64,000 nt of DNA. Source: Phoronis australis (lineage: Eukaryota > Animalia > Phoronida). This document shows, piece after piece, positions 1 through 13,052 of this stretch (position 1 is its first letter; each line of letters begins with the position of its first letter). The stretch lies in the NCBI GenBank assembly GCA_002633005.1, contig NMRA01000141.1:169858-233857 (forward strand), given 5' to 3'. Position numbers and translations under genes: made by a program. The notes beneath the pieces were generated by a model. That model was given only the letters and a program-made list of their open reading frames with translations, was not told the origin of the DNA and made no database searches.

Positions 1-713
1 CGGTCTATTCAAGAAATATTCCTGTCTCTTGCGACGAACACTAATGTTCAATTAAACTTCTTGCTATATCCCACCGGCATTTCTCATACACTAGCTATTA
101 CCCGTGCGAAGGCTTCTTATAGAAGTTGACGGTAACATGACGTAAGATTAACTAGGATAATGAACGAAATGGTGATGGAGCTATAACAACATTTTAGCCG
201 GGTGCCAGCGATAAGATGAAAAAGAAAACACCATAGGCTAATCGATGTTGTCATTAGTCTGAACGACCAATTAGTTGTCGAAGTAATTCGCTAAGAAGTG
301 AAAATAACTTAATCTATACTTACAAGGACATTCACCTTAACTACAACGGCGCGTTTTGTCATTACATTTCCTCTAAGTCGTCCAGAATCTTTATATTAGT
401 GTTTACACTGTTGATCTTAGTTAAAAGCGTTAAGTGAAACTGTTATTGCCATTTGTCAACAGGGATACGTCGGCAGAATGTAAAACGCCAACTATGACTT
501 GAAGATGGTGTGTCTAATTAAACATCTATGATTTTTACTTTCAGCTCACAGAGGTTTCAACCAAGTAATCACGGACAAGTTAAGTCTACATCACTGGATT
601 ATAAATCGTGGACAATTGCACAGCAACACCACGAGAACATTCCAGAACCTTGAACTGTTATCCACTAGTCAAACATGGCTGCTGCCAGATTTTGAAGACC
701 ACTTTGCGGAAAA

Positions 714-1787
714 ATGAAGAACGAAAATGTGCACGACGTTTTTGATCTGGAACAGCGTGCTCACGACCTGCTGTCGTATCCTCCGTACTCCTTAATGCTG
801 GTGCTGGGGTTTGTCGCTGTTGTGGCCAACATAATGGGTTTGATTGGAATTACCCAAGTAAAGGGCGGATCTAGTCCACGAGTGAGGTTGATACTCAGTC
901 TAGGATGTTCGGATATTTTGTGCGGGCTAAGCAACGTTTTGTATATCGTTTTCAGAATCCTGATGCGGCCAATTGGAGATGACGACCCCACGTGGTGCTA
1001 CACAGAAGTTTGCAAGGTGTTGGTGTACTCTAGCTATATAGCAACGTTGCTCAACTTGCTAGGCATGGCGATAGACCACTACATAGCCATCATGCGACCC
1101 CTGCACTACACGACGCTCATGAGCAAGAAAAGGGCCACTCTGATGATCGTCGCGTTCTGGGTTACGTCCTTCATTTTAGGATTTTCCGATTTCTTGATAT
1201 CTATTCCCGTTGTGAGCTGCCGAGTGGATTTACATAAGACGGTTTACGATGCCCTCTATGCTGTTTGGAGTTTGACTCTGGTTTGTTTTGCCATCATGCT
1301 TTATGTCTATTTAAGGATATACCAGGAAGTACGTAAGCACCAGAAGCGAGCCCCAGTCAATTCAGACTTCCATAATAACAAAAAGGGGCTAATAACGACA
1401 TTACTTATTCTTGGCACATTTTTCGTTTGCTGGGTTCCAGCCGTCGTCTTAGAAATTGTCTTCTATGTCATCGTGTTCGTGAAAAGTAAGCCCTTAAGCC
1501 AAGAGGGTCGCCTGGCTTTCTCTAGAATAGCTGAGGCTCTGTTGTACCTTAGTGTTCTGTCTGTGGTTAACGCCATTTGTGATCCCGTCATTTACATGAC
1601 GCGAACGGCTGAGATTCGTCAAAGTTGCAGCAATTGGTCACGCCGACATTGTTCAGGCAAACTGTGTAACCGTTCCTCATCAGGGGCAAAACTCAATGGA
1701 ACGAATTACGCCATAATTTTAGGTGGAAGAAGTCGTTGCTTTTCTAACGCTTCTCTGACGAAAAGTACCATGGATACGGTAGCCTGA
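714..1787 (+). CDS. Class A (rhodopsin-like) GPCR, melanocortin/adenosine-receptor-like orphan, single coding exon, 357 aa
   Basis: Seven hydrophobic segments. Motifs: TM2 LGCSD, TM3 MAIDHYIAIMRPLHY (DRY-equivalent DHY), TM6 FFVCWVP, TM7 NAICDPVIY. An in-frame TGA at 693 bounds the start. Confidence 0.92.
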   Translation: MKNENVHDVFDLEQRAHDLLSYPPYSLMLVLGFVAVVANIMGLIGITQVKGGSSPRVRLILSLGCSDILCGLSNVLYIVFRILMRPIGDDDPTWCYTEVCKVLVYSSYIATLLNLLGMAIDHYIAIMRPLHYTTLMSKKRATLMIVAFWVTSFILGFSDFLISIPVVSCRVDLHKTVYDALYAVWSLTLVCFAIMLYVYLRIYQEVRKHQKRAPVNSDFHNNKKGLITTLLILGTFFVCWVPAVVLEIVFYVIVFVKSKPLSQEGRLAFSRIAEALLYLSVLSVVNAICDPVIYMTRTAEIRQSCSNWSRRHCSGKLCNRSSSGAKLNGTNYAIILGGRSRCFSNASLTKSTMDTVA

Positions 1788-2151
1788 ATATAATGGGTCT
1801 CGTCAAAAATAGTGTGCTGTAGTGCGTGTGTCTTGCGACAGATTAGAGCTGGATTGTGTTTCGCAGGCACACGAATCTCGCAAAGGAAGCGAATGTGATT
1901 GCGTGCTTCGACTGTAATGCAAGCATGTCTGCATCGAGTGAGGTCTTGCGTTACCCTGAGGAACGCCGGGCTATCATATTTTACATGTTGTGTGCGCCAC
2001 ATAGCTCGCAAATACACGGTAAACAATCTTCTTCTCTCACGTACCGCTGGGGTTACTACCATTGCTCAGTTGTTTTCTTAAGACTTCTGCTTCTTTCACT
2101 AGGAACCACGATTCTGCTCTTTCGAACACATTCTTCACTGTCCAGCGATTG

Positions 2152-2626
2152 CAAGGGTGAGGTCAACAACTGGTCCGACTTCAAAACCAGTCGGCTGGAC
2201 TTCAAAATGAAATAGCCGGTCATCAAAGGTGTTGTCCTGACTTCAGATTGCAATGGCCTCGCCCAAAAAACTAGTTGGCTGGACTCAGACGATGGCTGGT
2301 GCTGCAACCAGTTGGCAGGTGATCAAACACAACGGCAGGACTTCCTCAGAGACTCGCTTTGAATGCCTCGAAGGATTCAAGTGACATCTAGTGTTTAGTT
2401 TTCGTACCCGTTTGTTTTGTTCAAACTCGGCGATTTGTGCGGCCATTGTGTTTGAACACCTGCCAACCCGTTTTTTGGGTGTGGCCATCTGGTTTTGAGG
2501 TACCGGCCAAACCGTTTTGAGGTCCGACCACCAAGTTAGAACACGGGCCATTGAGTTTTGAAGCCAGCTGGTTTTTGAAGTGCGAGCAAGTGGTTTTGAA
2601 GTCCGACCAATTGTTGATTCCCCCTG
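2152..2626. mobile_element. Old palindromic MITE with ~21-bp internal subrepeats
   Basis: Left arm caacaactggtccgacttcaaaacc matches the reverse complement of right arm ggttttgaagtccgaccaattgttg. Inner arms ttggcaggtgatcaaacacaa / ttgtgtttgaacacctgccaa. Ends CAAGGG...CCCTG, flanks gattg/gattt. Confidence 0.65.
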
Positions 2627-4181
2627 GATTTTATACATATTTTGTACCAAAAAACTGAATCGCGTGCGATGGTATCAAGATCAAGCCTCGAACAACACGT
2701 GACTCTTGTGCGGTTAGAGTTATGAAAAGAACTGCAGTCCATCAAAAAGCAGTTACTGTGGAAAACTGATTTCTGGTATCTGAGGAAAAATGCTGTTAGT
2801 AAAAAAGATAATGAGAAACGAAAACAGCCAATGTGAACGAGCGTGCGGTGCGTGAGAGACGGAGGGGAGGCATGATCTGCTACGAAACAGTTAATGGTAG
2901 GCATTCTCACACGTCAGAGGTGTGAAAGAGGGCAATTAAAACAATCATGGTTTTCGCGACCTTATTGCGTTTTCGCTTCTGGAAGAATTGCATCTTTTTA
3001 AGAGTCGCAATACCAAACGTTATAATTCGAATCAAACAAACACAGAAAAATCAGTAGCCCCAACCGTGGTTCATGACTTTTCGGTGTTTGTTTGATTCAC
3101 TGTTGGCCAACACCATCGTCTATATTTACTGTTGTTGCCAGTCTCTATAACTTGTCTAGCTGAGCATTGTCAGACGTGAAGCTGTTGTAACTCTGTTCGT
3201 CCGATCAGCCATTTCTGAGATACAATGCTTCGAAGTTTACCAAATTTTAAATTTTTCTTACTAGGTAATTCATCAGGTAAAGATTGTTGAGGCGTGCTTT
3301 TATTATTTGCTTGTTTATCCATAAATATTCGATAAAAGTCATTGGTTTATCCAAGCATACATTGATTGGGAACTGTAGTGCAGGCTTTTTGCATGCATTT
3401 TTCCGCTCTTGTTCTCTGTATATCGTTGACCTGCATTACCAAAGTTCCATGTGCGTAGCAAAACCATATTTTATGTTTATGTTAACAACCAATGTTTGTG
3501 GGACAAAGATGACATGCTCCATTTGGATGGAATGATTATCTTGATTGATATGTCAGAGCTGTCCATAACCAAAATAAGCCACAGCTCAGGGTCACGCGCT
3601 ATAGGTGCCCATCTCGTCGCCGCAGGGGTGTCTCAAATGTTATGTCAACGAGGCGGGGGGTGGTAGCTCAAAAATCGAAAATTGCGGCGACCATGCTGAG
3701 CAACTGCACTGGAAATTTGCGGGAAACTATGACGACCGGGGACATTTATAACTTAGGGGCCCCAGGAAAGCTTAACTGAGCAGGCAGTGATAACCGTCAT
3801 AAGTAGACTATGTGTTGTATTGCAAATGTTGTACATGTTAATTATTGTGCATATACTCCTGATTGTAACAGTTCGTCAATAGTGTAAGGCACAAAATAAA
3901 TGTATGAATGTCTCTGCAGTATGTTGTTATTATCCGTGGTAGGCGATTTAGACCTTGCTGTTTGGTGGTCCGAACCCGAAAAAGCATTAACCAGAAATTT
4001 GGGTACCCATATTTTAACAAAATGTCACAATAAATGGTCAATTTTAGACCTGGACGCGCTACGCAGAAGTAGCTCCATCAGCTCGAAATTGAGTTCACGG
4101 AACATTGCCTCGAAATTCTCGATTACAGTTTCGTCCGTTTCGGAGACTGAAAAATGGGGCCTAAGATAAAATTCATTTTGT

Positions 4182-4409
4182 AATTGCAGGCGGTCTGGTA
4201 CACATTGCGTCAGACGTGCGCAGGCCACTGTGCTGGTCCCATTGCACTGATCGCCTAGAACCTTTTGTATGCTTTAGTAATATATAGTTGAAACCGAACT
4301 GAGGAACTGGAGACCTGATTCAAAGATCTAGCAGTGTGCCCCAGCAGGACTCGAATCCACGACCTTGAGCAAAGGCAGCGAAAATTTTCCCACTAAGCAA
4401 CCCTGCCTC
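4182..4409 (-). mobile_element. tRNA-derived SINE, copy 1
   Basis: Minus-strand head has an A box (ttgcttagtgg) and B box (ggattcgagtcc). Aligns over its length with the copy at 47163-47408. Confidence 0.8.
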
Positions 4410-4672
4410 TTCAGTTCCATTTTTAGAGTCCGGTTCATTTTTAGGGAAAATTCACACTCTGATTATTATGGTCACGTTTTGAAAGAGTGAGGCTTCGATG
4501 TTCCTGGTACACGGTCTAAAAATTAGGCATAAGCCTACGTGTCGTAGAACTCGATCTGGGCCAGGGCCTGGCATCACTCGCCCTATAGTGGAAGCAGTTA
4601 GCTCGCTATTTCTAAAATTTGTAAATACACTTACAAGGTGAGGAATCCGTCATCCTAATGCCGTTTATTTGT

Positions 4673-4864
4673 TTAGTCGAAACAAAATTCTTTGAAATGT
4701 GCCGAACAAAGTGAGGCCCCGACTGAATCGCATGTTCCACACGGACATTCCCCACTGTCGAGCTGCCATTTCGGTGCACCTTTCACGTGTTTAGGAAATT
4801 TGAACACAGCCACGTTCTCAGTTAAGTTGCTTTTACTACAACCCCCACAAACGCACCTTTTCAT
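4673..4864 (-). pseudogene. THAP zinc-finger remnant, probably transposon-derived
   Basis: MKRCVCGGCS...VFKFPK...KW...LCSAHF fits the THAP C2CH pattern; a stop follows straight after. Confidence 0.7.
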
Positions 4865-5411
4865 GTCTGAAAAAGGCGGTTCTCCGCGGAAGTAAGCCAA
4901 AAACGGCAGTATGGCGCTAGCCACCTTTTATCCTCAAACTCAACGCAAATATAGAGATAAATTTACTTCAATCAGTTTTTAAAGAAAAGAAATCAAGACT
5001 CCACGCTACTTGAGACTACGAAGATGAGTACACATAAAGTACCTTTTCGATTTCCGGCGAACAACGTCTAATATTTCTTAAAATTTTCAAAAGAATACTT
5101 AACTCTGTTCTATACGACGGAGCATTAGGGTCATAAAAATCGTCGATTACCTCGTTATAACGAAAAACTAGGACAAGGTGACAAAAAAAAAACATTCGAG
5201 ACCTCGTCAACCGTAGACATCTCTTAAAGAGGCATTTCCTTTTACGCACTATCTAAAATCATGGACCTGTCCCCAGAGTTCTATCCTAAGATGAGGCAGG
5301 TTAATCAAGAACAAAATGAGACGTTTCAAACCTCCTTACGACCGAAACTTCTCCAAGATACCAACATGCACAGGAATGCTAAAAGTTCGTCAGTTTTTAG
5401 TGGCTGAGTAG

Positions 5412-5484
5412 CATGGGCGGCGTACCATAGGGGGCTGGGGGGACTATAGCTCCTCCCACTTTTTTCAGTGCTGCGCCGCCCATG
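5412..5484. mobile_element. Mini-MITE with 5-bp TSD
   Basis: TIR catgggcggcg...cgccgcccatg, flanked by AGTAG on both sides. Sister copy at 10449-10540. Confidence 0.75.
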
Positions 5485-6180
5485 AGTAGGTTAACCCGTC
5501 AAACTGGGCCGCTTCAAGGCAATGCAAAAAAATTTTGAGCCAGATTTGTGAGAGTCGAATTCGTTATTTCCATGTAGTAAGTGGGAATGAAATGCACCTA
5601 ATTATTGACTTGAATTTTATAAAGTAAAATCATTATGTTCTCGATCGTGTTTTTTTCAAAAAAAAATCCTTTAACCGTACAACAAAAATTCCTGAGACAA
5701 ACACTGAACTCTCAGGTAGTTTGTACTCCAATCTTTCTTGTAAAGGCCTACATTATGTTCATTTTCTCAATTTCTTGGAAACAACGAGCAAACAACAGCA
5801 GGTGCACTTACTTCTTGGAGTGTTTTAGTTATCTAGTTTCTGATTACTTCGATATATGGAATAATTCGATGCCTATTGCAACAAAACTTCCGTCTAATGG
5901 ACACATTTTCTGCTTTAAAATGCCACATATTGTGCAAACTGGTGTAAGATTGTGTGAGCCCTTGTATGACTCTTTTTAGGATTTGTTTCATTTCAAGTAG
6001 TGCAAAGGCAAATCCCAGCATCGGCGAGTTTTGAAGTAATTATGACGACTGTAGAACCCTCTATTGGTCACCAGTTACTAATTTGCAATTCGAAGTGTGT
6101 AGGCTTTTGAAATGTAAAGCAATAGTGGCGACTGCCTTTAGCACTGCCACGCAACCTGGTGATTTTCTCCTCTGTATGTC

Positions 6181-7001
6181 TGTCAGAATATAGACTGACA
6201 ATGTTTTTAGTTGTATTGTTTTGTTTTGTTTTGTTACTCTGTTTGATTGGCATGACCCCTGAGTTAAGTACAGTGATGATGTAATTTGTTTACTACAAAA
6301 TAGTGTGGAACTTTCTAGAAGACTGAGGTCAGAACAGTGATGATATAATTTGTTTACTACAAAATAGTGTGGAACTTTCTAAAAGACTGACTTCAGAACA
6401 GTGATGACGTAACTTGCTTACTACAGTATAGTGTGGAACTTTCTAGAAGGCTCTAGCATGACAGTGATTATTGCAGTCTGGAATATTATAGAGACTAGTG
6501 TATGTTTATAGAATGATTGGGTAGATTCAGGAAAGTTCTAGAATGTGCTTGAATTGATGTAAAGTTCATGAACAATGCATTAGGCTATAAATACACAAGC
6601 ACGGGTTTGTGATAGTCAGAGATCAAGTCAGTTCAAGAGAGATCAAGCCAGTTCAAGAAAGTGAATCAGGAGAATTACAGTTGAGTTGCAGTGAAGAGAA
6701 TCGGCAGTTATAGCGATAGTCAATAGAGAGCCAGCTATAGAGACAGCAGGTTATTGAATCAACGAGTGTAACAATTGCTGAACGTGTCTCAGAAGTTCAT
6801 CACAAGTCAAGGCTACCCAGCACTGGCTGGAGCATAAACGGACATTACGTCGGACGTTTTGTTTGAGTAGGCTTGTGAACATACGGTCGGGATTAATAAA
6901 GGATTAACTCGAACCAGTCTTCAGTCAATCGTCGCACCGATAGCTATTAGCAACGGTCTGTAACAACCTGCGCCCACCCACACACGGGGAAAAACGTGAC
7001 A
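6181..7001 (+). mobile_element. Solo LTR (821 bp)
   Basis: Ends TGTCA...TGACA with near-TSD atgtc/atgtt. Internal order: 3 x 64-bp tandem repeat, TATAAATA (6586), AATAAA (6895). No internal coding region adjacent. Confidence 0.75.
6308..6543 (+). promoter_or_regulatory. Cluster of heat-shock-element-like motifs (GAAnnTTCnnGAA) upstream of the LTR TATA box
   Basis: GAActTTCtaGAA at 6308 and 6436, GAAagTTCtaGAA at 6531, and a one-mismatch copy at 6372. Confidence 0.6.
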
Positions 7002-8530
7002 ATGTTGGTAACGAGAGAAAATTATTCGACTGATTTATGAGACTTTAAGGATGTTTTACAACAGCGGCGGGTTACAAAAATAGAAAAACACCTGCAATAT
7101 TTATGTTGACAGGTCGAGTAAAATTTTTATGGTTCACACATGTACAAGATCACGACTCTTGATTTGAAAGGATATCAACATTACGTGCCATTTTCGTGGA
7201 GTTTAAAAATCAAGAAATTTCCACTATTACGATCTTGTTTAGAACGCTCTGTTGAACTTGTCAAGCACGACTTTTGTGTTGGTAAACAATACTGCGTTTA
7301 AGCTGGTCAGAGTTTACAGTCACATAAAGGTATCAACAGGTGGAAGTTAAGTCTACTTTATCTGGAAGTCAACCGTTTCTCTTCATTCGAAGTTTTTGTG
7401 AGAGTATTTCATACAATACACTTCAGCTTCACGTCATTTATTGAAAGTAGCTTGTAAATAATATTTTCTAAATTAAATATCGGTTAGCGTCAGGCGCGCT
7501 GTTTACAACATAATTGCTGGATTACGTGAACATCAGATGAAAGCAGACAATAAGTGAGAAAACATTCACACATTTTCTTGGGCTTAAGGTAATGCGTAAA
7601 TTTTTTAATAGTTACCTAAGCAGTCTGCCGTTACAATGCACACTCATCTACTCATCGTTGATCTTTCGCATCTCATTAATTACGACTCAATGCACCAATT
7701 TTATCAACCGAGGAAATATTTAAATTCCTGTAAATTTTCAACAAAAAAACTCATAAACCTGTATATGTGAAATTACCAAACCTGGTTTTGGTCTAAAAAC
7801 GACTTTCACATCCAGTTCTCTGAAATAAAACGATGCTCTGTGACTCTCGACAACCCTCAACAGTTTGGAGGAATTTTGAACTTTCAAAGACTACTAAACA
7901 ACCAAGCGTGACCTACGCTTTTAGCAAATTACGCGGCAACTATGGGAAAAGACCGCCCATCAAGGACCATAATGTCCAATTTGTGACATAGGGAGAATGA
8001 GTTTTTAGTTGACTCCTGCCTTTAACTTGGAAGATCGACGCCAATGATATATTAACAGGTGTCTGAACGAGGATTGGTTGAAATCGTCAAAACAAGATTT
8101 CGTTACGCACCCGCGCTGTGGAATAAGTATCCCGACTGTCTTGTCGGCCAGTCGGGATACAGCCTTGTTATCAGTTAGAGAATGACAAACTAATGTTTAC
8201 ATAGTCCGGCTCACATTATCGGCTTGAAAACTCGAAAGCTCCAAAGTACAGCATCTGCGAATGGCCAAAAGATTTGACTTTGGGACCATAAGAAATAATC
8301 TGTGCTCACCTTGGACGTGAAGTGAATATGTAGCTTTGTTTTTAATTTCTTCTTCACAAGAGACTGTATTCGCTCCAAAGTAACATTACTGTGTTCTTTG
8401 TCCGTGTGCAATCGTTGCAATAACTACGCCGGTAAAGGAATTCACCTTACGGCTATCGCAGTAAGAAGTGACGGTTTATGAGACTAATCGGCTGAAGCAG
8501 TATATTGTCAGTACTGTTATTTCCAAGCCT

Positions 8531-8810
8531 CATGGGCGCACCCAGGGGGAGGGGGGTTCGGGAGGCTCAAAGGAGTTCCCCTATTTGGCGAATTAGGCAA
8601 AAAGGCCCCCCTCAGTGAAAAAAGTCCGTGTGAACGGCACAAAAGTCCTCAAAGGACACAGGAAATCGGCACAGATGCACAATTCGTAGGTCTGAACCTA
8701 GTGGCCCCAAAGTTTTTTTTTTTTTTTAGTTCCCGTTGATTTTGTTCGGTAAAAAGTCCCCATATCGAGAAATTCGAGAACCCCTATATTTTAGGCTGGG
8801 TGCGAGCATG
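8531..8810. mobile_element. MITE with 5-bp TSD
   Basis: Ends catgggcgcacccag...ctgggtgcgagcatg; AGCCT on both sides. Confidence 0.75.
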
Positions 8811-9377
8811 AGCCTAGATACGTATTGCTTTAGCCTGAATAAGGAATAAAGTCGGGGCAGATTATTGGCGGCGCAGATTAATATAAATAGTTGGAACTGT
8901 TCTTCATTTTGGGTAAACCGTTGATTCCGGCTTTGAGAACAACATCCAGATCCGTGGACGGGAAATCCCCGGACGTTTAAATTCAAGCATTGAAGTGTCT
9001 AGAATGAATTAACACTTGATTACATTATGATTTCTACACAATCTTGATCAAAGTTCATTCTGTCGTGTTCCTAACTTAGTGTTGTACTTCGACATAGAAC
9101 ACAAAAATGTCCCAGCAGCCAGTAACAAGAGTAGTACTTTTGAGAGTAACCGATTCGTGTAAACGCCAAGCTCCACTGGTGGCGAGGACATACTCAAAGG
9201 GGCTCACAGTTGCACTCGAATACCTTTACTTCCGTCGGTATAGAAGGACAAGGTTTTTTCGATTCACATCGAACGTAGCGCTGGGAACTAATCACCTTGG
9301 TCTGGCATTTGCCACGAAAAAGATTTCCATCTCTTCCGACGTCAACACAAGAGTCCCTGAAAAGAAAACGTTACGAT

Positions 9378-9548
9378 CATGCGAGCAACCAGCCTAAAAT
9401 ATAGAGGGAGAGCTCAATTTTTTCGGGTGTGCAGACCTTTTACTGAAAGAAATCAACGAGGACTTCCCGTGGATTTTGTGGACTTTTGTCTCGTTTACTT
9501 GGACTTTTTGTTTCGCTGAGGCGGACCTCCCCCCTGGGTGCGCCCATG
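9378..9548. mobile_element. MITE, same family as 8531-8810, inverted
   Basis: Ends catgcgagcaaccagcc...ctgggtgcgcccatg; ACGAT on both sides. Confidence 0.7.
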
Positions 9549-9666
9549 ACGATGACAAATTTTCGAACAAAAACATTGTGGCACCACAAAGGCGCCTTTC
9601 GCTTGACCACAATTTCTAACTCTGCTGATTTCTATACGGGCAGCACAGTTAAGGGGGACCACTTAA

Positions 9667-10157
9667 GGGCCTTTCATACTAACGTCGACGCGTCGATGGT
9701 TTGGGGAGTTGCGGTCAGTATGAACGCTTAACTCCGGTCCTGGATCGCAGTTAACAGCTCCAGTTAACATCGCAGTTAACAGGTGGATTTAATAGCGCAG
9801 CGTCGACGCTGCGGTGCAGTATGAACGCTTAACTTCGGTCCAATGGAAGTTATCGCCAGGTGCCACTGTTATCGTCAACAGTTACAAGGTAGTGCCGTCA
9901 CTAATAGCTGGCTATATTTTGCTCTAATAATAACCAATTGATTTAAAAATAAGTTTAATGTCACTTAGCACATATAAATGTTTCCAACGAAACAGTGAAA
10001 AAAATCATAGCGTGCATATAACTTCGATGACGACAGCGGCACCAACCGCTGACTTCGATGTTCATTAACTACCGAAGCCAGTATGAACGGTCCTGTTAAC
10101 TGCGCTGTTTACGTTGACGCTCCGCTCAGACCGGAGTTAAGTCAATATGAAAGGGCC
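9667..10157. mobile_element. Palindromic MITE (PIF/Harbinger-like), copy 1
   Basis: TIR gggcctttcata...tatgaaagggcc with repeated cagtatgaacg/gttaac motifs. Second copy at 29788-30257. Confidence 0.75.
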
Positions 10158-10448
10158 ACACACAGTTGAGCTGTTAGGCCTTTTTGGTGTGAACCGTTGA
10201 TTATCCAACCCTACAAACGAGTCAGGGATTTGACGGCGTAACGGTGACAGAGAACCTATAAAAAATACGCCAAGTTGAAATCTCACAGCACCTGCTCAAC
10301 CCTCTTATACGTAAGAGCCCAAAACGCCCGTCAAACAAACTACTAAATATACCCTGTCGTTGTCTACCGACTTAGGCGTACATGTATGTCATGATAGATG
10401 AGCCGAATTATCTCATTGGTCACGATATACATGTCCACCATATTGGAT

Positions 10449-10540
10449 CATGGGCGGCGCATCATGGTCTATAGGCGTTGCACCACAGGGGGACTGAGGG
10501 GCTTTAGACCCCCACCTTTTTCAATGCTGCGCCGCCCATT
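10449..10540. mobile_element. Mini-MITE with 5-bp TSD
   Basis: catgggcggcg...cgccgcccatt; TGGAT on both sides. Confidence 0.7.
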
Positions 10541-11647
10541 TGGATATCTAATTAGGTAGAGTAAGGTGGCATTCAATAGTTTCTTTCAGCAACTGTCAAG
10601 TTTGCCTTAAAACTCAATAGTATTTTTGGGTGACACAGTCGAATTTGGCTTCCCCAATTTCAGGGATAAAAAAATTGCCGCCTGCTAGTCTGGCTGGGAA
10701 TTTTAAGTTTTATGCTGTATGTGAAGGCTGTGAATGGCATTTGCTTAATTTTTAACTCTGTTCCAGAGAGAAACGTTGCCAGTTGTTGGCCCATTGACCC
10801 ATTTTTGCTCAGTCGTGTCTTCTCTTAAAAGCTATACTGCTTGCAACTGGGTAGTTAAAATTTAGCAGGTAAACTTCAGACACTTAGGAGTTATGGTAAA
10901 AAATTGGCTGGTCGACACTCACTTTTCACATGATTTCTGTAATTTGGAAAGTTTTGGCAGCATGAATGCCCTGTGCTCGGTTCTTCGCAATCATATGCAA
11001 GAGGTTTTGGTTGTACTGTGAATACAGTTGGCCTGTCACTTCCATCAAAACAGATGGCAAAAACGCAAAAAATAACACTTTTCAGCCCCACGCCACAACG
11101 ACAAGACTAGGCGTGAATCAACACTGTTTTTGAAAGCACATTTCCTGTACATAATCAAAGCACGTGATGCAAAAGTGTTGCTGTACAACTACATTTTTTG
11201 CTATTGAGAGCTACTTGAAATAGCAGCAAATTTCTCAGTCGCTCCGCAAAAATGCAACAACGTCCGTTCTAGAGCAAAAAAAAATATCTGCAGCCAAAGT
11301 ATCGCAATGACGTATCTTATTCCCAAAATGTTCACAAACCCAAGCAAACCAGAATGCGAAAGCAAGGCATGTGCGTGGAAAATGTTGACATTTTTGCATA
11401 TACAGCCGACTCCTTTCTTTAAATAACTTTTTCTGTTTTGGTACGGAACTGGTACTGTATTTTTCTTCATTCAGGCCTTGCAACTACCACAGGTACGGAT
11501 CTAATTTGCAGTATTTGGACAAAATTGTGTTCCATGGCTTCACAAGCTTGGGGAGCGTGTCCGTAAATATTCATTAACAGACGGGTTATGTGTCTACATG
11601 ACACCAAACTATGGACTAGAAAGATTTACCATCATGCAGGCTTTCAG

Positions 11648-12081
11648 TGCCCGGTTGCATGAAACAGTCCCAAATAGGGACTCAACTAAGGTCCCTAAAT
11701 CTACTGCGTATTTGCAGGCTTATCAAAACACTGATTGTCCTATCTTATGGTGTTTGAATATCATTACTACACCAATTTTTGGCTTTTATACAAATCGAGA
11801 GTGAAATCTAGATTGAATTTTAAATATTATTGAAAATAAGTAGGGATCTTTTCATGCAACGCACCCAATTTAAGGAGTAAGTCCCTAACTGTTTTGATTG
11901 AATTGAGGGCTCAGTTTTTAGTTATATTATTAGAAAATGTCATTATTCAAAGAAGAGCTCATAATAAAGATTAAATTATAGGAAAACTAGTACACCTGTA
12001 GCTAAAGAACGAAACAAATACGAAAAAGATTTAGAGACCTTAGTTGAGTCCCTGTTTGGGACTGTTTCATGCAACCGGGCA
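11648..12081. mobile_element. Harbinger-like MITE with ~55-bp TIR and 3-bp CAG TSD
   Basis: tgcccggttgcatgaaacagtcccaaatagggactcaactaaggtc is mirrored at the right end; CAG flanks both sides. A related fragment lies at about 60995-61080. Confidence 0.85.
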
Positions 12082-13052
12082 CAGGTCCCCATCCTGAGGA
12101 GACCTCACTGTTTGAATGTGTCACCACACAGCTGTTGATGAGACGGCGACCCCAACGACTACTGATCTTAGGGCAAGAGTGATTCCTCCACACAACTGTA
12201 GTTATTGCAATAACCATCCCCAACATGTAGAACTTCATCCATGAGATAATAAATTGGGTGCTCATCTCTATAAAGATTAAATTGGGCATTGGTGATGTCC
12301 AGTGCAGTAGTTTTTACTGGTGATTTTTTTATTCGCCCCAGTTGATGGAAGAGTGAGCCTGTCTTGTGAGGTTAGATGCGTATTCAACCAAAGGAGTGTC
12401 GCAGATTTAGAATATCTGATCTGTCATAAGGGTTTTCGGCTGCCCCTCATTTAAAAGGGGAAACGTGATCACAACCTTTCAGGCCCGGGCCATAAAGATA
12501 GACGTAAGTTTCTTGGTGTTTTGATCTCCAGGACACTTGAACTCCCTTGAACGCACATTGAACTCTGGTGTGGCACCCACCAATAACCCAGTATTATATC
12601 CATGCAAACATAAAAATCAACTGCATGACTAAGCCACTCATGCTGATTTGACGATATCATCATTACTGTGTAGAATCGTTTGGACAACCCCGAATGAGCA
12701 ACCACCATGGCTACTGGCAATTCCCGCGTATCAGTCACCTCCTAAAACAGATTAACATACGAAATGGAATCGATTTGAGGTCGGCATTCCTGATACAAAT
12801 GTAAGAGTGACCTTGCACTTCATTCGTGGTTTCTGGTTTAGAGTAATAGTAAGTCTTTCTCACAAACTCAAGGGCATTCGCACCAACAGAGTTTGTGTCA
12901 TTTTCTTACTAAAAATTTCTTTCACACTTTTTTCTCACGACCAATTTTTTATGTAGAAACAATTGTTGTTCACAAGAAAGAATTATACGGGAGAGAACGC
13001 CCAATCGATTTTTTGAGGCAAGAAGGCTGAATGTCTCATAATTTACTCTTAC

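Noticed and set aside
12460-12742. Several in-frame TGA codons suggesting a selenoprotein
   Set aside because: The same frame also has TAG and TAA stops, and I see no SECIS.
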